The notes under the pieces are model-generated. The model worked only from the letters and a program-made list of their open reading frames with translations. It was not told where the DNA came from and ran no database searches. DNA of 64,000 nucleotides from an uncultured Acidimicrobiia bacterium (GTDB lineage Bacteria > Acidobacteriota > Terriglobia > Versatilivoradales > Versatilivoraceae), in the NCBI GenBank assembly GCA_963786955.1, contig CAWBAT010000004.1:704001-768000 (forward strand). Direction: 5' to 3'. This document shows, piece after piece, positions 10,095 through 19,033 of this stretch; position 1 is the first letter of the stretch; each line of letters opens with the position of its first letter. A program made the translations under genes and the position numbers.

Positions 10095-10547
10095 TCAGGC
10101 GCTCGCATCCAGGCTGCTGAGCGCGTTGAGTCTGGACTGATAAGACCGGTTGAGGATCTGTTTCAAAAGAGGGTTCCCAATTTCAGTTTGGTCAATCCGC
10201 TCTTGAATCTCTTCCAGTTCTTCGACCGATTTCGCCTGCTGAATCACCTGCTTGAAATAGCTGAGGTCACCGATGGTCATGATCTCTTGGCTTTCTTCAT
10301 CCTCGATGATCGCCAAATGCCCACTCGGCAGGATCGATCGAATTTTCTGGTAGAGTTTCTCTCGGTATTCAAGGTTGCTCTCGCCAAATTCAGAATGGAA
10401 CCACTCTGCTGTCAGAGAACTAATCCCGCACTGAATATTCAGTTCGGCATAATTATTCGGTTCGGCTTCTGAAGAGTCCAATATCATTTCTTCGATATCA
10501 TCGATCACCGCTGCACTGGAAAAAACTGTTACGATTGTAACTTTCAT
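10095..10547 (-). CDS. Hypothetical acidic protein
   Basis: 150-aa ORF with AGGAG SD, co-oriented upstream of lysW; no recognised motif. Confidence 0.6.
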   Translation of the reverse strand: MKVTIVTVFSSAAVIDDIEEMILDSSEAEPNNYAELNIQCGISSLTAEWFHSEFGESNLEYREKLYQKIRSILPSGHLAIIEDEESQEIMTIGDLSYFKQVIQQAKSVEELEEIQERIDQTEIGNPLLKQILNRSYQSRLNALSSLDASA

Positions 10548-10866
10548 AGACTCCTACTTAATTGAGTAAAACCGATTCCAAGATCATTCCACAAAAAGAA
10601 TGCTTTGAATTATAAGAAGATTCGTTTGGCCATGGCAAATATTTTTGCTGAATTCGTCAATGGGATGTTTTTTAGAAAACCCAGTTTTCATTGCATTCTG
10701 GTTCAAATCCAGAGTCGGAGTGCAATAGGAGCAAACAAAACTGCCGAGAACATGTCAGCTGCCCTTCCGTGGACGGATCCATGGTTTACCTTGAGCTTGG
10801 GCCGTGAATCCTCTAATATTCTGCTTCGATTCTATCTTAAATCCCGGATCGACATAAATTAAAGCG

Positions 10867-11202
10867 ATGAAAAAAACTAAGACCCCCAGTGGAGGGCACT
10901 CTCCCAGAAAATCAAAACGCGTGCACCTCAAGATAAGATTTAGACTGAGCGGGAGAGATCTAAATGGAAACCCGTTTGAGGACCTCGTCGAGACCAAAGA
11001 CATCGGAACCAGTGGAGGCAGTCTCTATACTAAACGCGATATTCGGGTTGGCTCAACCTTGAAGTTGTCCGGCCCCAAAGGATTCATCGCTTTGGTTCGA
11101 ATTATCTGGAACGAAGAAGAAGAAAACGGTTCGCGCCGCGTCTTGGGATTCCAATTGCTTGAGCCAAGGGAAGATTGGGTTTTGCAATTTCAGAGCCGCT
11201 AG
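10867..11202 (+). CDS. PilZ domain protein
   Basis: RKSKR (RxxxR) and DIGTSGG (variant D/NxSxxG) motifs. Confidence 0.75.
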   Translation: MKKTKTPSGGHSPRKSKRVHLKIRFRLSGRDLNGNPFEDLVETKDIGTSGGSLYTKRDIRVGSTLKLSGPKGFIALVRIIWNEEEENGSRRVLGFQLLEPREDWVLQFQSR

Positions 11203-11213
11203 GAGTTGTTCGA

Positions 11214-11894
11214 ATGAAAATTCAGTGGCTTGCGCACGCAACGTTTCTCATCGAAAGCAATGGGCTGCGCATTGTAACGGACCCCTACACCCCCCATGTC
11301 CTGGGCTTTCCAGAAGTTCAGGAACGGGCGGATCTCGTCATTCGGAGCTCGGCGGATGATGAAGGCCACTGCAATGCTGCCATGATCCAGGGAAAACCTG
11401 TTGTCGTTACCGCAACCGAGATTCCTCCCGGTGGAGTTGAGGTTCATGGAATCAAAGTGCTGGCGATCCCGGCACGAGAGAGTCTAATCTATAAGGAAAA
11501 TCCAGGCCTCAACGCCATGTACCGTTTTGCTCTGGAGAGCATACAGATCGCACATCTAGGAGATGTGGGAAACCCGCTCTCGGCCGATCAGGTTGCGGCA
11601 CTGCAGAATACCGATGTTCTCATGGTTCCCGCAGGGGGCCCCCCGACAATCAACCTGGAGGATTTGTGGGATGCCATTGCACTCATTCGGCCCCGAATTG
11701 TGATCCCCATGCATTACCATCTACCGATGACCAAGGTCAAGATGCTTTCCGTGACAGAGTTTACGGCGCACTTCCCCCCGGCTATCGTTGACTGGTGGCC
11801 AAATTCGGAAGTGGAACTCTCGCGGGATTCCCTTCCCAAAGAGTTACGGATTTGGGTGCTCAAACCCGGAGTCTTTTCCAAACCTAGAAAATAG
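11214..11894 (+). CDS. MBL-fold metallo-hydrolase-like protein
   Basis: IQWLAHATFLIE, TDPY, HLGDVG, IPMHY; ATG 11214 after AGGAG; the HxHxDH motif is degenerate (SSADDEGH). Confidence 0.8.
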   Translation: MKIQWLAHATFLIESNGLRIVTDPYTPHVLGFPEVQERADLVIRSSADDEGHCNAAMIQGKPVVVTATEIPPGGVEVHGIKVLAIPARESLIYKENPGLNAMYRFALESIQIAHLGDVGNPLSADQVAALQNTDVLMVPAGGPPTINLEDLWDAIALIRPRIVIPMHYHLPMTKVKMLSVTEFTAHFPPAIVDWWPNSEVELSRDSLPKELRIWVLKPGVFSKPRK

Positions 11895-11908
11895 CCTTCA
11901 AGAACCCG

Positions 11909-12199
11909 CTAATCGTTTTTTGATCCGGGCAGACCCAGAACGGTTGGGCCATGTTCTTTTTCCATCTCTTGCAACAAAGCCTCAAGAACTTCTCCCGCCG
12001 TTCCAGGGCGCTCCATCTTAGATGACCAGTGCCATTCATCAAGATACTCATCGCTTCCAATGAGGCCTTCCACCATAGCTACGCGGTCGATGGCCTGCTG
12101 GAAAGAATCCGGCAGAGGACGTGAAACTGGCTTGGATCCTTCGAAGACTTTGATCTGCGCCGGGATGTCACGCCAGTAAAGGATTTGATATTGAGCCAT
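11909..12199 (-). CDS. Small 'virulence factor'-domain protein of the type found in corrinoid/folate gene clusters
   Basis: ILYWRDIPAQ...FQQAIDRVAM..GL..SDEYLDEW signature. Confidence 0.75.
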   Translation of the reverse strand: MAQYQILYWRDIPAQIKVFEGSKPVSRPLPDSFQQAIDRVAMVEGLIGSDEYLDEWHWSSKMERPGTAGEVLEALLQEMEKEHGPTVLGLPGSKND

Positions 12200-12375
12200 C
12201 TTTTGGTCCTTTCATTGAAGGGTCTCTCCCAAGCACCCCATAGATCGAGAGCCCCGTTTGTCCCAACTCAATGCTTTTTGGCCACAGTGCGAGCTCGCTG
12301 TTGGCATGGCCGAGAGGCCCTTGTTTGAAGGCCTTTTAAGTATCCCTGGTGTCGGGCGAGCTTGCCGCGAAGGGT

Positions 12376-13431
12376 TTAACCGGCCCCAATTCCCGCCTCA
12401 AGCTCTTTACTCCGATAGGCACGAAGGAAGCTGCGACAGCCGATGTCACGGCCAAGCAACAGGTCAGCAGCCACCTGGTAGCTTCGGGATTGCCGGTCCA
12501 TTGCAAACACCTGATCCACTCGACCCGCTGCCGGATCAATGATGCCACTGTCGATCCCCGCTTCGGTGGCCAGAATGAGGAAGACGTTGTTTACCAGTCG
12601 GCGCATCGGAAGCCCGAAGGATACATTACTGAGCCCGCCGGTGATATGGATTTCCGGTCCGAACTTTTCGCGAAGTCTGCGTACTGCCTCGAAATAGTGG
12701 TTCCCAAAATCGCTGTCGACCGATATCGGAAACACCAGAGCATCAATGTAGAGATCCCGAAGAGGAATCCCTTTCTTCAGAGCCAGTTCGACAATTCGCG
12801 TTGCATTGTCAATTCGCTCGACCTCATCTTTCGGCATACCGCTTTCTCCTGCCGCCGACACAACCACTTGAGCTCCAAATTGAACTGCCAAATCCAACGC
12901 CATGATTCGTTCCAATGAAGCGGAATTCAGCAGGGGTTGGCCAGAATGTCCCTGGCAAGCTTCCAAGCCCGCACGAATCGTTTCCGTGTTGGAAGAATCC
13001 ACTGAAAGTGGAACCGGGCATACGGGACGCACAGCGTCGACCAGCCATAGCATGGCCGCTTTTTGGCTTTCGGGACGCAAAGAAACCTCATCGACGTTCA
13101 AATCAATGAAATCGGCTCCGGCATTCAGCTGGACCCGAACCTTCTGGTGCAAATACTCCAAACCCAGCGAGGCTCCAGGCTCTTGCCCCGACATCGCTGC
13201 CTGAATCGCAATTTTGATGTGCTTGATACGCCCTTCCTGGTATTCCTGTGTTTTCTTGTACTCCTCCGGAATGGGGAGATAACGCGGTTCCCCATTGGCC
13301 CCGGTGAACCGGACCGATTCCTGCCCTTCTTCAGTGGTGGTAACAAACTGCCCCCCTCGAAGGAGAATCCTTGTCGCGTGGATATTCTCACCAATAACGA
13401 TGAAATTTCTTCCCAGAGCTTTAATCTCCAT
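12376..13431 (-). CDS. Pterin-binding methyl-THF:corrinoid methyltransferase (AcsE/MeTr-like)
   Basis: IGENIH, IDLNVD, SVDSS, LLNS, YIDAL, GGLSNVSFGLP.R DHPS-like barrel motifs. Confidence 0.88.
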   Translation of the reverse strand: MEIKALGRNFIVIGENIHATRILLRGGQFVTTTEEGQESVRFTGANGEPRYLPIPEEYKKTQEYQEGRIKHIKIAIQAAMSGQEPGASLGLEYLHQKVRVQLNAGADFIDLNVDEVSLRPESQKAAMLWLVDAVRPVCPVPLSVDSSNTETIRAGLEACQGHSGQPLLNSASLERIMALDLAVQFGAQVVVSAAGESGMPKDEVERIDNATRIVELALKKGIPLRDLYIDALVFPISVDSDFGNHYFEAVRRLREKFGPEIHITGGLSNVSFGLPMRRLVNNVFLILATEAGIDSGIIDPAAGRVDQVFAMDRQSRSYQVAADLLLGRDIGCRSFLRAYRSKELEAGIGAG

Positions 13432-13494
13432 TGTGTCTCTCCTGATGATCCGTTATTCCCCTCTTTAACGATTATTTGTTGCACCGAGACTTTA

Positions 13495-15072
13495 TCACGA
13501 TCTTCTTCGACTATGATCCCTCCCGAGAAATTTGTTCATCCAGCCACTGGTCCCTTTGAGAGCAGCATTTTTGATCACTACCGGTCTCTTGAGCATATCT
13601 TCCTCTCCCCCATAGGCCTTGAGTCGATCATAGGACAGCGACCAGATACACTCCTTCTCTCCAACTTCGCATTTGCCACGCCGTGTTCCACCACAAGGGC
13701 CATTCCTCTGGTTTTTGGCACATTGGGATTCCGGGCATAGGTAGGCAATATCCGGTAGTGAGCAATCGCCGCAATCCCGGCAATCGAAGGCAGCGACTTT
13801 CACTCCGTATTCAAGAGCATGCAAGGTTTTCCGCAAAACGCCGTCGGATTTTTCGACCGCTTCACTAATCCACTTTCCTGTCCGAAACCCCAAAGTGTCT
13901 TCAACGAAAACTTTATCATGCGTTAATCGGTTTATCTTGTAACTCAGCGGCACCTGGCGGCGCAAACTTGCCAGCGCTTCCGGAGACTTAGACCGCAGAT
14001 AGGCGCGATTGACCTCCGTTGAATTCAGTCCTGTTTCCAGATCAGGCTCAAAGTAGTAAAATTCGTCGGGCTGATGAAATTGAATCTCTCGAGCAAAATC
14101 TTTCCAATCGTTCTCCCCAAAGCTTTTGATCAATTCCAAGAGCCTTTCAAAATCTCCGTAATCCCAGTGCCCGCCCAAATAGGCACCACGAAACCCCAAC
14201 CCCTTGGCCACGGCGCATTGTTTGGCGGCAAATTCCAATAGGAAAGCTTTGCCTTTGTCCGGAGACTGGGCCTGCTTCTCAACCAGCGTTAACAATTCGT
14301 CCGTGACCACGCAGCCAGGAATTTTATCGGCGTGGAAAAAACGTGCGATGGGCAGACTTAAGACAAACACGTTGGCTAGCACCGGGGCCCTCAAGTGGTG
14401 GAGAGCCATGTACTTTAACAGTTCATCATGTTTTCGCGAGTCAAATCCAATCTGGGTGATAATGAATGAGGCGCCGCATTCTATTTTCTTGGCAAGCTTA
14501 AAATACTGGGGCATCACCTCACGTTCATAGCGTTTGTGATTATTGACCACCGCTCCCAAGAAGAAATGAGTCTGTTCCATCTTGCGTGTTTGACCATTGG
14601 GAAGGGTCAACTCCAAACCGGCATTCATTTCGGAGTACATCTTCAACAACGCTACCGAATCGATATCAAATACGGCACCGGCCTGACCTTGATAGCCATC
14701 GGCCGGAAAGTCACCGGAGAGAGCCAGGATGTTGTTGAACCCTTCACTAGCCAGTTGCCAGCCTCGACTTTGCAATGCATTCCGGTTCCAGTCTTTGCAC
14801 GACAAGTGAATAATGACTTCCTGTCCACGCGAGATAAGATCGGTTCCAAAAGCGTCCGCACCAATCATGGCGTTGCCACCCGGATTGTCGGTGATGCTTA
14901 GCGCATGCACTTGGGGATGCTCTGAAAGTTGCCTGGCCAAATGCAGGACTTTCCGTCCATTGCGACCTGTAATGAGCCCTCGCGAGGTCACTAGTTCTGC
15001 CACCGTGACAAATGTATCCGTTTCCTCGATAAGCTCACGCAAAGGCATTTTCGGCCATTCACCGGGTTGCAT
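13495..15072 (-). CDS. metF: Methylenetetrahydrofolate reductase with fused C-terminal MetV-like Cys-rich domain
   Basis: ITDNPGG, HLSCKD.N, LSGD, KK...GASFIITQ; C-terminal CRDCGDC..C....C.K..RNGPCGG...C.....CIW. Confidence 0.88.
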   Translation of the reverse strand: MQPGEWPKMPLRELIEETDTFVTVAELVTSRGLITGRNGRKVLHLARQLSEHPQVHALSITDNPGGNAMIGADAFGTDLISRGQEVIIHLSCKDWNRNALQSRGWQLASEGFNNILALSGDFPADGYQGQAGAVFDIDSVALLKMYSEMNAGLELTLPNGQTRKMEQTHFFLGAVVNNHKRYEREVMPQYFKLAKKIECGASFIITQIGFDSRKHDELLKYMALHHLRAPVLANVFVLSLPIARFFHADKIPGCVVTDELLTLVEKQAQSPDKGKAFLLEFAAKQCAVAKGLGFRGAYLGGHWDYGDFERLLELIKSFGENDWKDFAREIQFHQPDEFYYFEPDLETGLNSTEVNRAYLRSKSPEALASLRRQVPLSYKINRLTHDKVFVEDTLGFRTGKWISEAVEKSDGVLRKTLHALEYGVKVAAFDCRDCGDCSLPDIAYLCPESQCAKNQRNGPCGGTRRGKCEVGEKECIWSLSYDRLKAYGGEEDMLKRPVVIKNAALKGTSGWMNKFLGRDHSRRRS

Positions 15073-15074
15073 CG

Positions 15075-16724
15075 CTATCCCTTCCTTCCGGGAACCGCCA
15101 AAGAGACAATGTCGTTCGGCATTGGCTTGAATTGGCAGCCCTCAACAAAAAGCTCGAAGAAATCAGGTATGGTTTCCAACTCAATGTGAGTAATATTCTT
15201 TAACAATTTCTGAATGAAATCCCTCCGACTCCTTGAAACTAAAAATTCCCATGCGCCCTGGACTGAGGCATTCCCGATCTTCACGACTCGTTCCTGCGGG
15301 ACAGGTGCCAGAAAACCAATCTCCATGGCATTGGCCACATCCACGTAATTGGCGAATCCCCCCGCCAGGTAGAGTTTCCGAATATCGGCCGGGCCCACGC
15401 CAAATTCCCGCATCAGGATGTATTGCCCGCAATAGTTGGCAGCTTTGGCCTGGGCCAGATAACTGGCATCCTCCCGAGAGAAGGTGATGCCGTATTCTGG
15501 CACGATGTCCAGGACATACTTCTTGTCTTTAAAAACCCCTTTGGGTGTCATGAGTTCATGGCATCGCAATTCTGCCAGCAGGTCTATGAGACCAGAGCCA
15601 CAAATTCCCTGCGGGGCAACATCGCCAATCGTCCGGTAGTCAAACTCCCCTGCCTTCCAGGAAAAACTCTCGATGGCGCCATCACAGCCCGGCATCCCAA
15701 ACTTGACCGCACCTCCTTCAAAGGCGGGCCCGGCCGGACAGGAAGCAATCAACATCCGGCCCGCATGCCCGATGACGACCTCAGTGTTGGTCCCGACATC
15801 CACGACCATGACCACGTCCTGTTGGGAGTCCATGTCCATCGCCAGTAAATCCGCCACCGTATCGGCGCCAACATGACTCGCGATCAACGGCATGCCGTAA
15901 ACCCTGGCTTTGGGATGAACCTGGATGCCAAGCTTACTCGCCTTTTCAATTAAGGCCGTATCCTGACGTTTTCCTGCAAGCATTTCTAATTCGATGACCG
16001 ATTTGTACGGCTTCTGCCCGATGCTCTGCACATCGATGTCGAAAAACAAGTCTCTCATCGTGGAATTTCCCGCCACGACAATTTCGTAGATCTCTTCACG
16101 ATTCACGCCGGCGATTCGGCAAATTTCTCGAACCTCATGATTCAGGGCGTGAATGATCGACTTGTGTAATTCCCCATGAAACCGCCCCCCGTCATAAGAA
16201 ATCCGGTGCATCACATCGCTTCCCCCAAACCGCTGCGGGTTATCAAAAGAGCTCAAGTAAAGGGAGGAACCCGTTTCCAGATCGACCAGGTCACACACCA
16301 CCGTCGTAGTGCCCAGATCCATCGCGATTCCGTAAAGATGGCCACGATACCGGTCAATCGGTTCCTCCCCGTAATACACTTCATTCCCCCGGTGTGTCAC
16401 CTGGGGATCCATTTGGAGGGATTTCTCCTGACGGGAAGTGAGGATTTTGGAGCGCCGGCGCCATGGCACAAAGCGGATGTCAAGGGTCGGATTTTCGATT
16501 TTCGCCTGGCAGGCAAGCCGGCATGGATTTCGCAGGAAAGATTCCGCTTGAGTAGTCGAATTCAATGCGTCCAGACCTTCGACAACCTCAACAATGCACT
16601 CATGGCAGGTCCCTTTGCGCCCGCAGGTGCTCGGTAATGGGACGGCAAGAACATCCGCGCATTCAAACAGAGACTCCCCGTAATTCCCCAAACACAATCT
16701 TCCTTCACAGGATATGGTCGCCAT
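15075..16724 (-). CDS. ATP-dependent reductive activator of corrinoid proteins (RACo; 2Fe-2S plus ASKHA)
   Basis: CGRKGTCHEC...RLACQ ferredoxin; DLGTTT, GSDVMHRI, DVGTNTE, AGPAFEG, GICGSG. Confidence 0.92.
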   Translation of the reverse strand: MATISCEGRLCLGNYGESLFECADVLAVPLPSTCGRKGTCHECIVEVVEGLDALNSTTQAESFLRNPCRLACQAKIENPTLDIRFVPWRRRSKILTSRQEKSLQMDPQVTHRGNEVYYGEEPIDRYRGHLYGIAMDLGTTTVVCDLVDLETGSSLYLSSFDNPQRFGGSDVMHRISYDGGRFHGELHKSIIHALNHEVREICRIAGVNREEIYEIVVAGNSTMRDLFFDIDVQSIGQKPYKSVIELEMLAGKRQDTALIEKASKLGIQVHPKARVYGMPLIASHVGADTVADLLAMDMDSQQDVVMVVDVGTNTEVVIGHAGRMLIASCPAGPAFEGGAVKFGMPGCDGAIESFSWKAGEFDYRTIGDVAPQGICGSGLIDLLAELRCHELMTPKGVFKDKKYVLDIVPEYGITFSREDASYLAQAKAANYCGQYILMREFGVGPADIRKLYLAGGFANYVDVANAMEIGFLAPVPQERVVKIGNASVQGAWEFLVSRSRRDFIQKLLKNITHIELETIPDFFELFVEGCQFKPMPNDIVSLAVPGRKG

Positions 16725-16790
16725 CTTAGAAGCATCCGGGGCAGGAGACCCATTCTCTAACCGCGTGTCTCTCTTTCCCCTGGTTCCTCG

Positions 16791-17030
16791 CTATGATTCC
16801 CAGGCACCGCGATAGTCTAACTGATCGTCCCCGGCACAAATTGGCAGGCTGCCTGCGTCCGGAGATTTCCGCTTGTTCCGGCATCCGAAGTTTGCAGTGC
16901 ACTGATTGAGGCGGTTCTTATAGGGGCAACGGCATTGGGAGAGTTCGTCGGCATGAACAACCATACTGGCAAATAATTCTGTGAGCTGATTTAAACTTCT
17001 TTGATAGCGCTCCGGATCTATTTTTTGCAT
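16791..17030 (-). CDS. Small Cys-rich hypothetical protein
   Basis: 79 aa, starts 3 nt after the corrinoid-protein stop; CRCPYK..CTANFGCRN..CAGDD. Confidence 0.75.
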   Translation of the reverse strand: MQKIDPERYQRSLNQLTELFASMVVHADELSQCRCPYKNRLNQCTANFGCRNKRKSPDAGSLPICAGDDQLDYRGAWES

Positions 17031-17033
17031 ATC

Positions 17034-17798
17034 TTATGAATTCCTAACACCGGCCTTCACGCCAAGCAATTGCTTCGCTAGTGCCACACATGCCATTGCA
17101 TCTTTCCCGTAACCGTCGGCCCCCATATCATCGGCAAAATCCTGAGTGACCGGAGCCCCTCCGACCATGATTTTGACCTCATCCCGAAGTCCTGCATCAA
17201 TGAAGGCCTCGATCGTCTTGCCCATGTTCGGCATCGTTGTCGTCAACAAAGCTGACATCCCGAGGAGAGGGGCATGGTGCTCTTCAAATGCCTCGATGAA
17301 ACGGTCAGGCGACGTGTCCACGCCTAGGTCATGAACAATAAACCCTGAACCTCGTAACATCATGATGCACAGATTCTTCCCAATGTCATGGAGGTCACCC
17401 TTGACTGTTCCCATGATCACGGTTCCCATCGGTTTAATGCCCGAGGCCGAAAGAATCGGCTCAATGTGACACATACCAGCTTTCATCGCACGAGCGCAAG
17501 CCAAAACCTCCGGAACATAAATGAAGTTCTGCCGGAATTTGATCCCTACGATCGCCATCCCGGCAATCAATCCGTTGTCCATGACATCCAGAGCCTCAAA
17601 TCCTTTATCCAGGGCTTGGCGCGTCAACTGGTCAACGCCCTTATTTTCCCCTTCGATCAGGGCTGCCGCAATGGCCTGGAGTTCCGGATGCGCTTTGGCA
17701 AACAATTGGATGATGCGCGCCCGTTCCTCCGGTCGTTCTATATATTCTTCTATTTCTGTTCGAATGAACTCATTTTGAATATCGTTGACTTCGACCAT
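17034..17798 (-). CDS. Corrinoid (cobalamin-binding) protein
   Basis: Cap helices plus GDLHDIGKN (DxHxxG), SALLTTT, VGGAP. Confidence 0.95.
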   Translation of the reverse strand: MVEVNDIQNEFIRTEIEEYIERPEERARIIQLFAKAHPELQAIAAALIEGENKGVDQLTRQALDKGFEALDVMDNGLIAGMAIVGIKFRQNFIYVPEVLACARAMKAGMCHIEPILSASGIKPMGTVIMGTVKGDLHDIGKNLCIMMLRGSGFIVHDLGVDTSPDRFIEAFEEHHAPLLGMSALLTTTMPNMGKTIEAFIDAGLRDEVKIMVGGAPVTQDFADDMGADGYGKDAMACVALAKQLLGVKAGVRNS

Positions 17799-17915
17799 GA
17801 AGACCTCATCAAAAATGGAATATGGGCATGACTTCGTGCCGGTGTCGGCGCCCCTGGCCCCCGGCTGGTAGAGGACCGGCTAGAATGCGTCCCTGTAATA
17901 CCGGCGATTCCAGTT

Positions 17916-18989
17916 TCAGGCGGTGGTTCCTGGCGCCGCCTTGGTGCGGTGCTCTCGATGCCAGTCACGCACAGCCTTGGGAATCTCCTTCAGGTTCTCA
18001 ATGGCTGTTTGAAGGGGTATAGCGCATTCGGGACCGACTAGCTGTACACCGGCCTCCAGATTCTTATAGACTTCCCGACGGACTTCTTCAGGACCTTTCG
18101 AGAAAAGCGTCTCCGGATTATTGATATTCCCGACCAGGGAGATGCGGTTTCGTACAACGTTCATTGACTCCACCGGCTCGTTTTTTGAGTCGTAATGGAA
18201 GGCGGCCATTCCTGTCTGCGCGATATATTCCATGCGGTCTACGGTCTTGCCGCAGATATGCAAAATAATGGGAGCAGGCAGTCGCTCGGCAAATTCCACA
18301 TGGAGATCACGCAGGTAACGGGCGTAATATTCACCGCTGACCAAATCACCCGTGGCATGATCCGGCAAGGTCAAAGCGTCCGCTCCCGCTTCGATCTGGG
18401 CTAAACCAAACAAGACCGTGATTTCTTTGAGCTTGTCGAGGACAGCTTTGGTCTTTCCCGGGTCATCTAATGACAACAGCAAAAAGGGTTCCACTCCAAA
18501 GCAGTGATAAGCCAGGGACCAGGGCCCCATCGTTTTCCCAATAATGGCTACGGCATCGCCCAATTCTTTTCTGAGCAGCTTGATTGCCTGAAGCACACAC
18601 TGCATGTCGGGATGTTTCAGAAGATTCGAAGGAATTTGAATATCGTCAACATCCTGCCAAATCGGCTCACGCATTTTAACGGTCGGCCAGTTGTCTTTTT
18701 GTTCCCACTGAATCTTGCATCCTAATGCTGAAGATTCCTGGATAATGCTGAAGACCGGCATCACACTATCGAAACCTAACTCGGTATGCCCGGTCGCGGC
18801 CAGACGGGCCATAGTTTCCGGAACGCGATTGGCATCCGGAAAGGGAGCATCCACCAGGTCCATCAGCTCTACGGTGGCTACTGATGTTGGATTGCAAACT
18901 GGCGTTTGATCCACGGGTTCACGGCGCAAAGCCGCGAGAACGCGTTGCCGCCCGGTCATGGGAGGAATGGTCTGACCTACACTGTGCAT
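17916..18989 (-). CDS. MtaA/CmuA-family (UroD-fold) methyltransferase
   Basis: GPWSLA, GADAL, ILHICG and GPECAIP (H-x-C...C zinc motif), GNINN; SD AAGGAG. Confidence 0.88.
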   Translation of the reverse strand: MHSVGQTIPPMTGRQRVLAALRREPVDQTPVCNPTSVATVELMDLVDAPFPDANRVPETMARLAATGHTELGFDSVMPVFSIIQESSALGCKIQWEQKDNWPTVKMREPIWQDVDDIQIPSNLLKHPDMQCVLQAIKLLRKELGDAVAIIGKTMGPWSLAYHCFGVEPFLLLSLDDPGKTKAVLDKLKEITVLFGLAQIEAGADALTLPDHATGDLVSGEYYARYLRDLHVEFAERLPAPIILHICGKTVDRMEYIAQTGMAAFHYDSKNEPVESMNVVRNRISLVGNINNPETLFSKGPEEVRREVYKNLEAGVQLVGPECAIPLQTAIENLKEIPKAVRDWHREHRTKAAPGTTA

Positions 18990-19033
18990 CTCATTCTCCT
19001 TTACACAATTGTCAACGGAGGATACGTGCTGAG

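Noticed and set aside
11909-12199. Pathogenicity gene
   Set aside because: The domain name is historical; the context points to corrinoid/folate metabolism.
13432-13497. Selenocysteine-type readthrough from metF into the in-frame AcsE-like gene
   Set aside because: The TGA is immediately followed by TAA.
17799-17918. Readthrough fusing the methyltransferase to the corrinoid protein (CmuA-like), since the two are in frame across a TGA
   Set aside because: A second in-frame stop (TAG) occurs 12 codons into the spacer.
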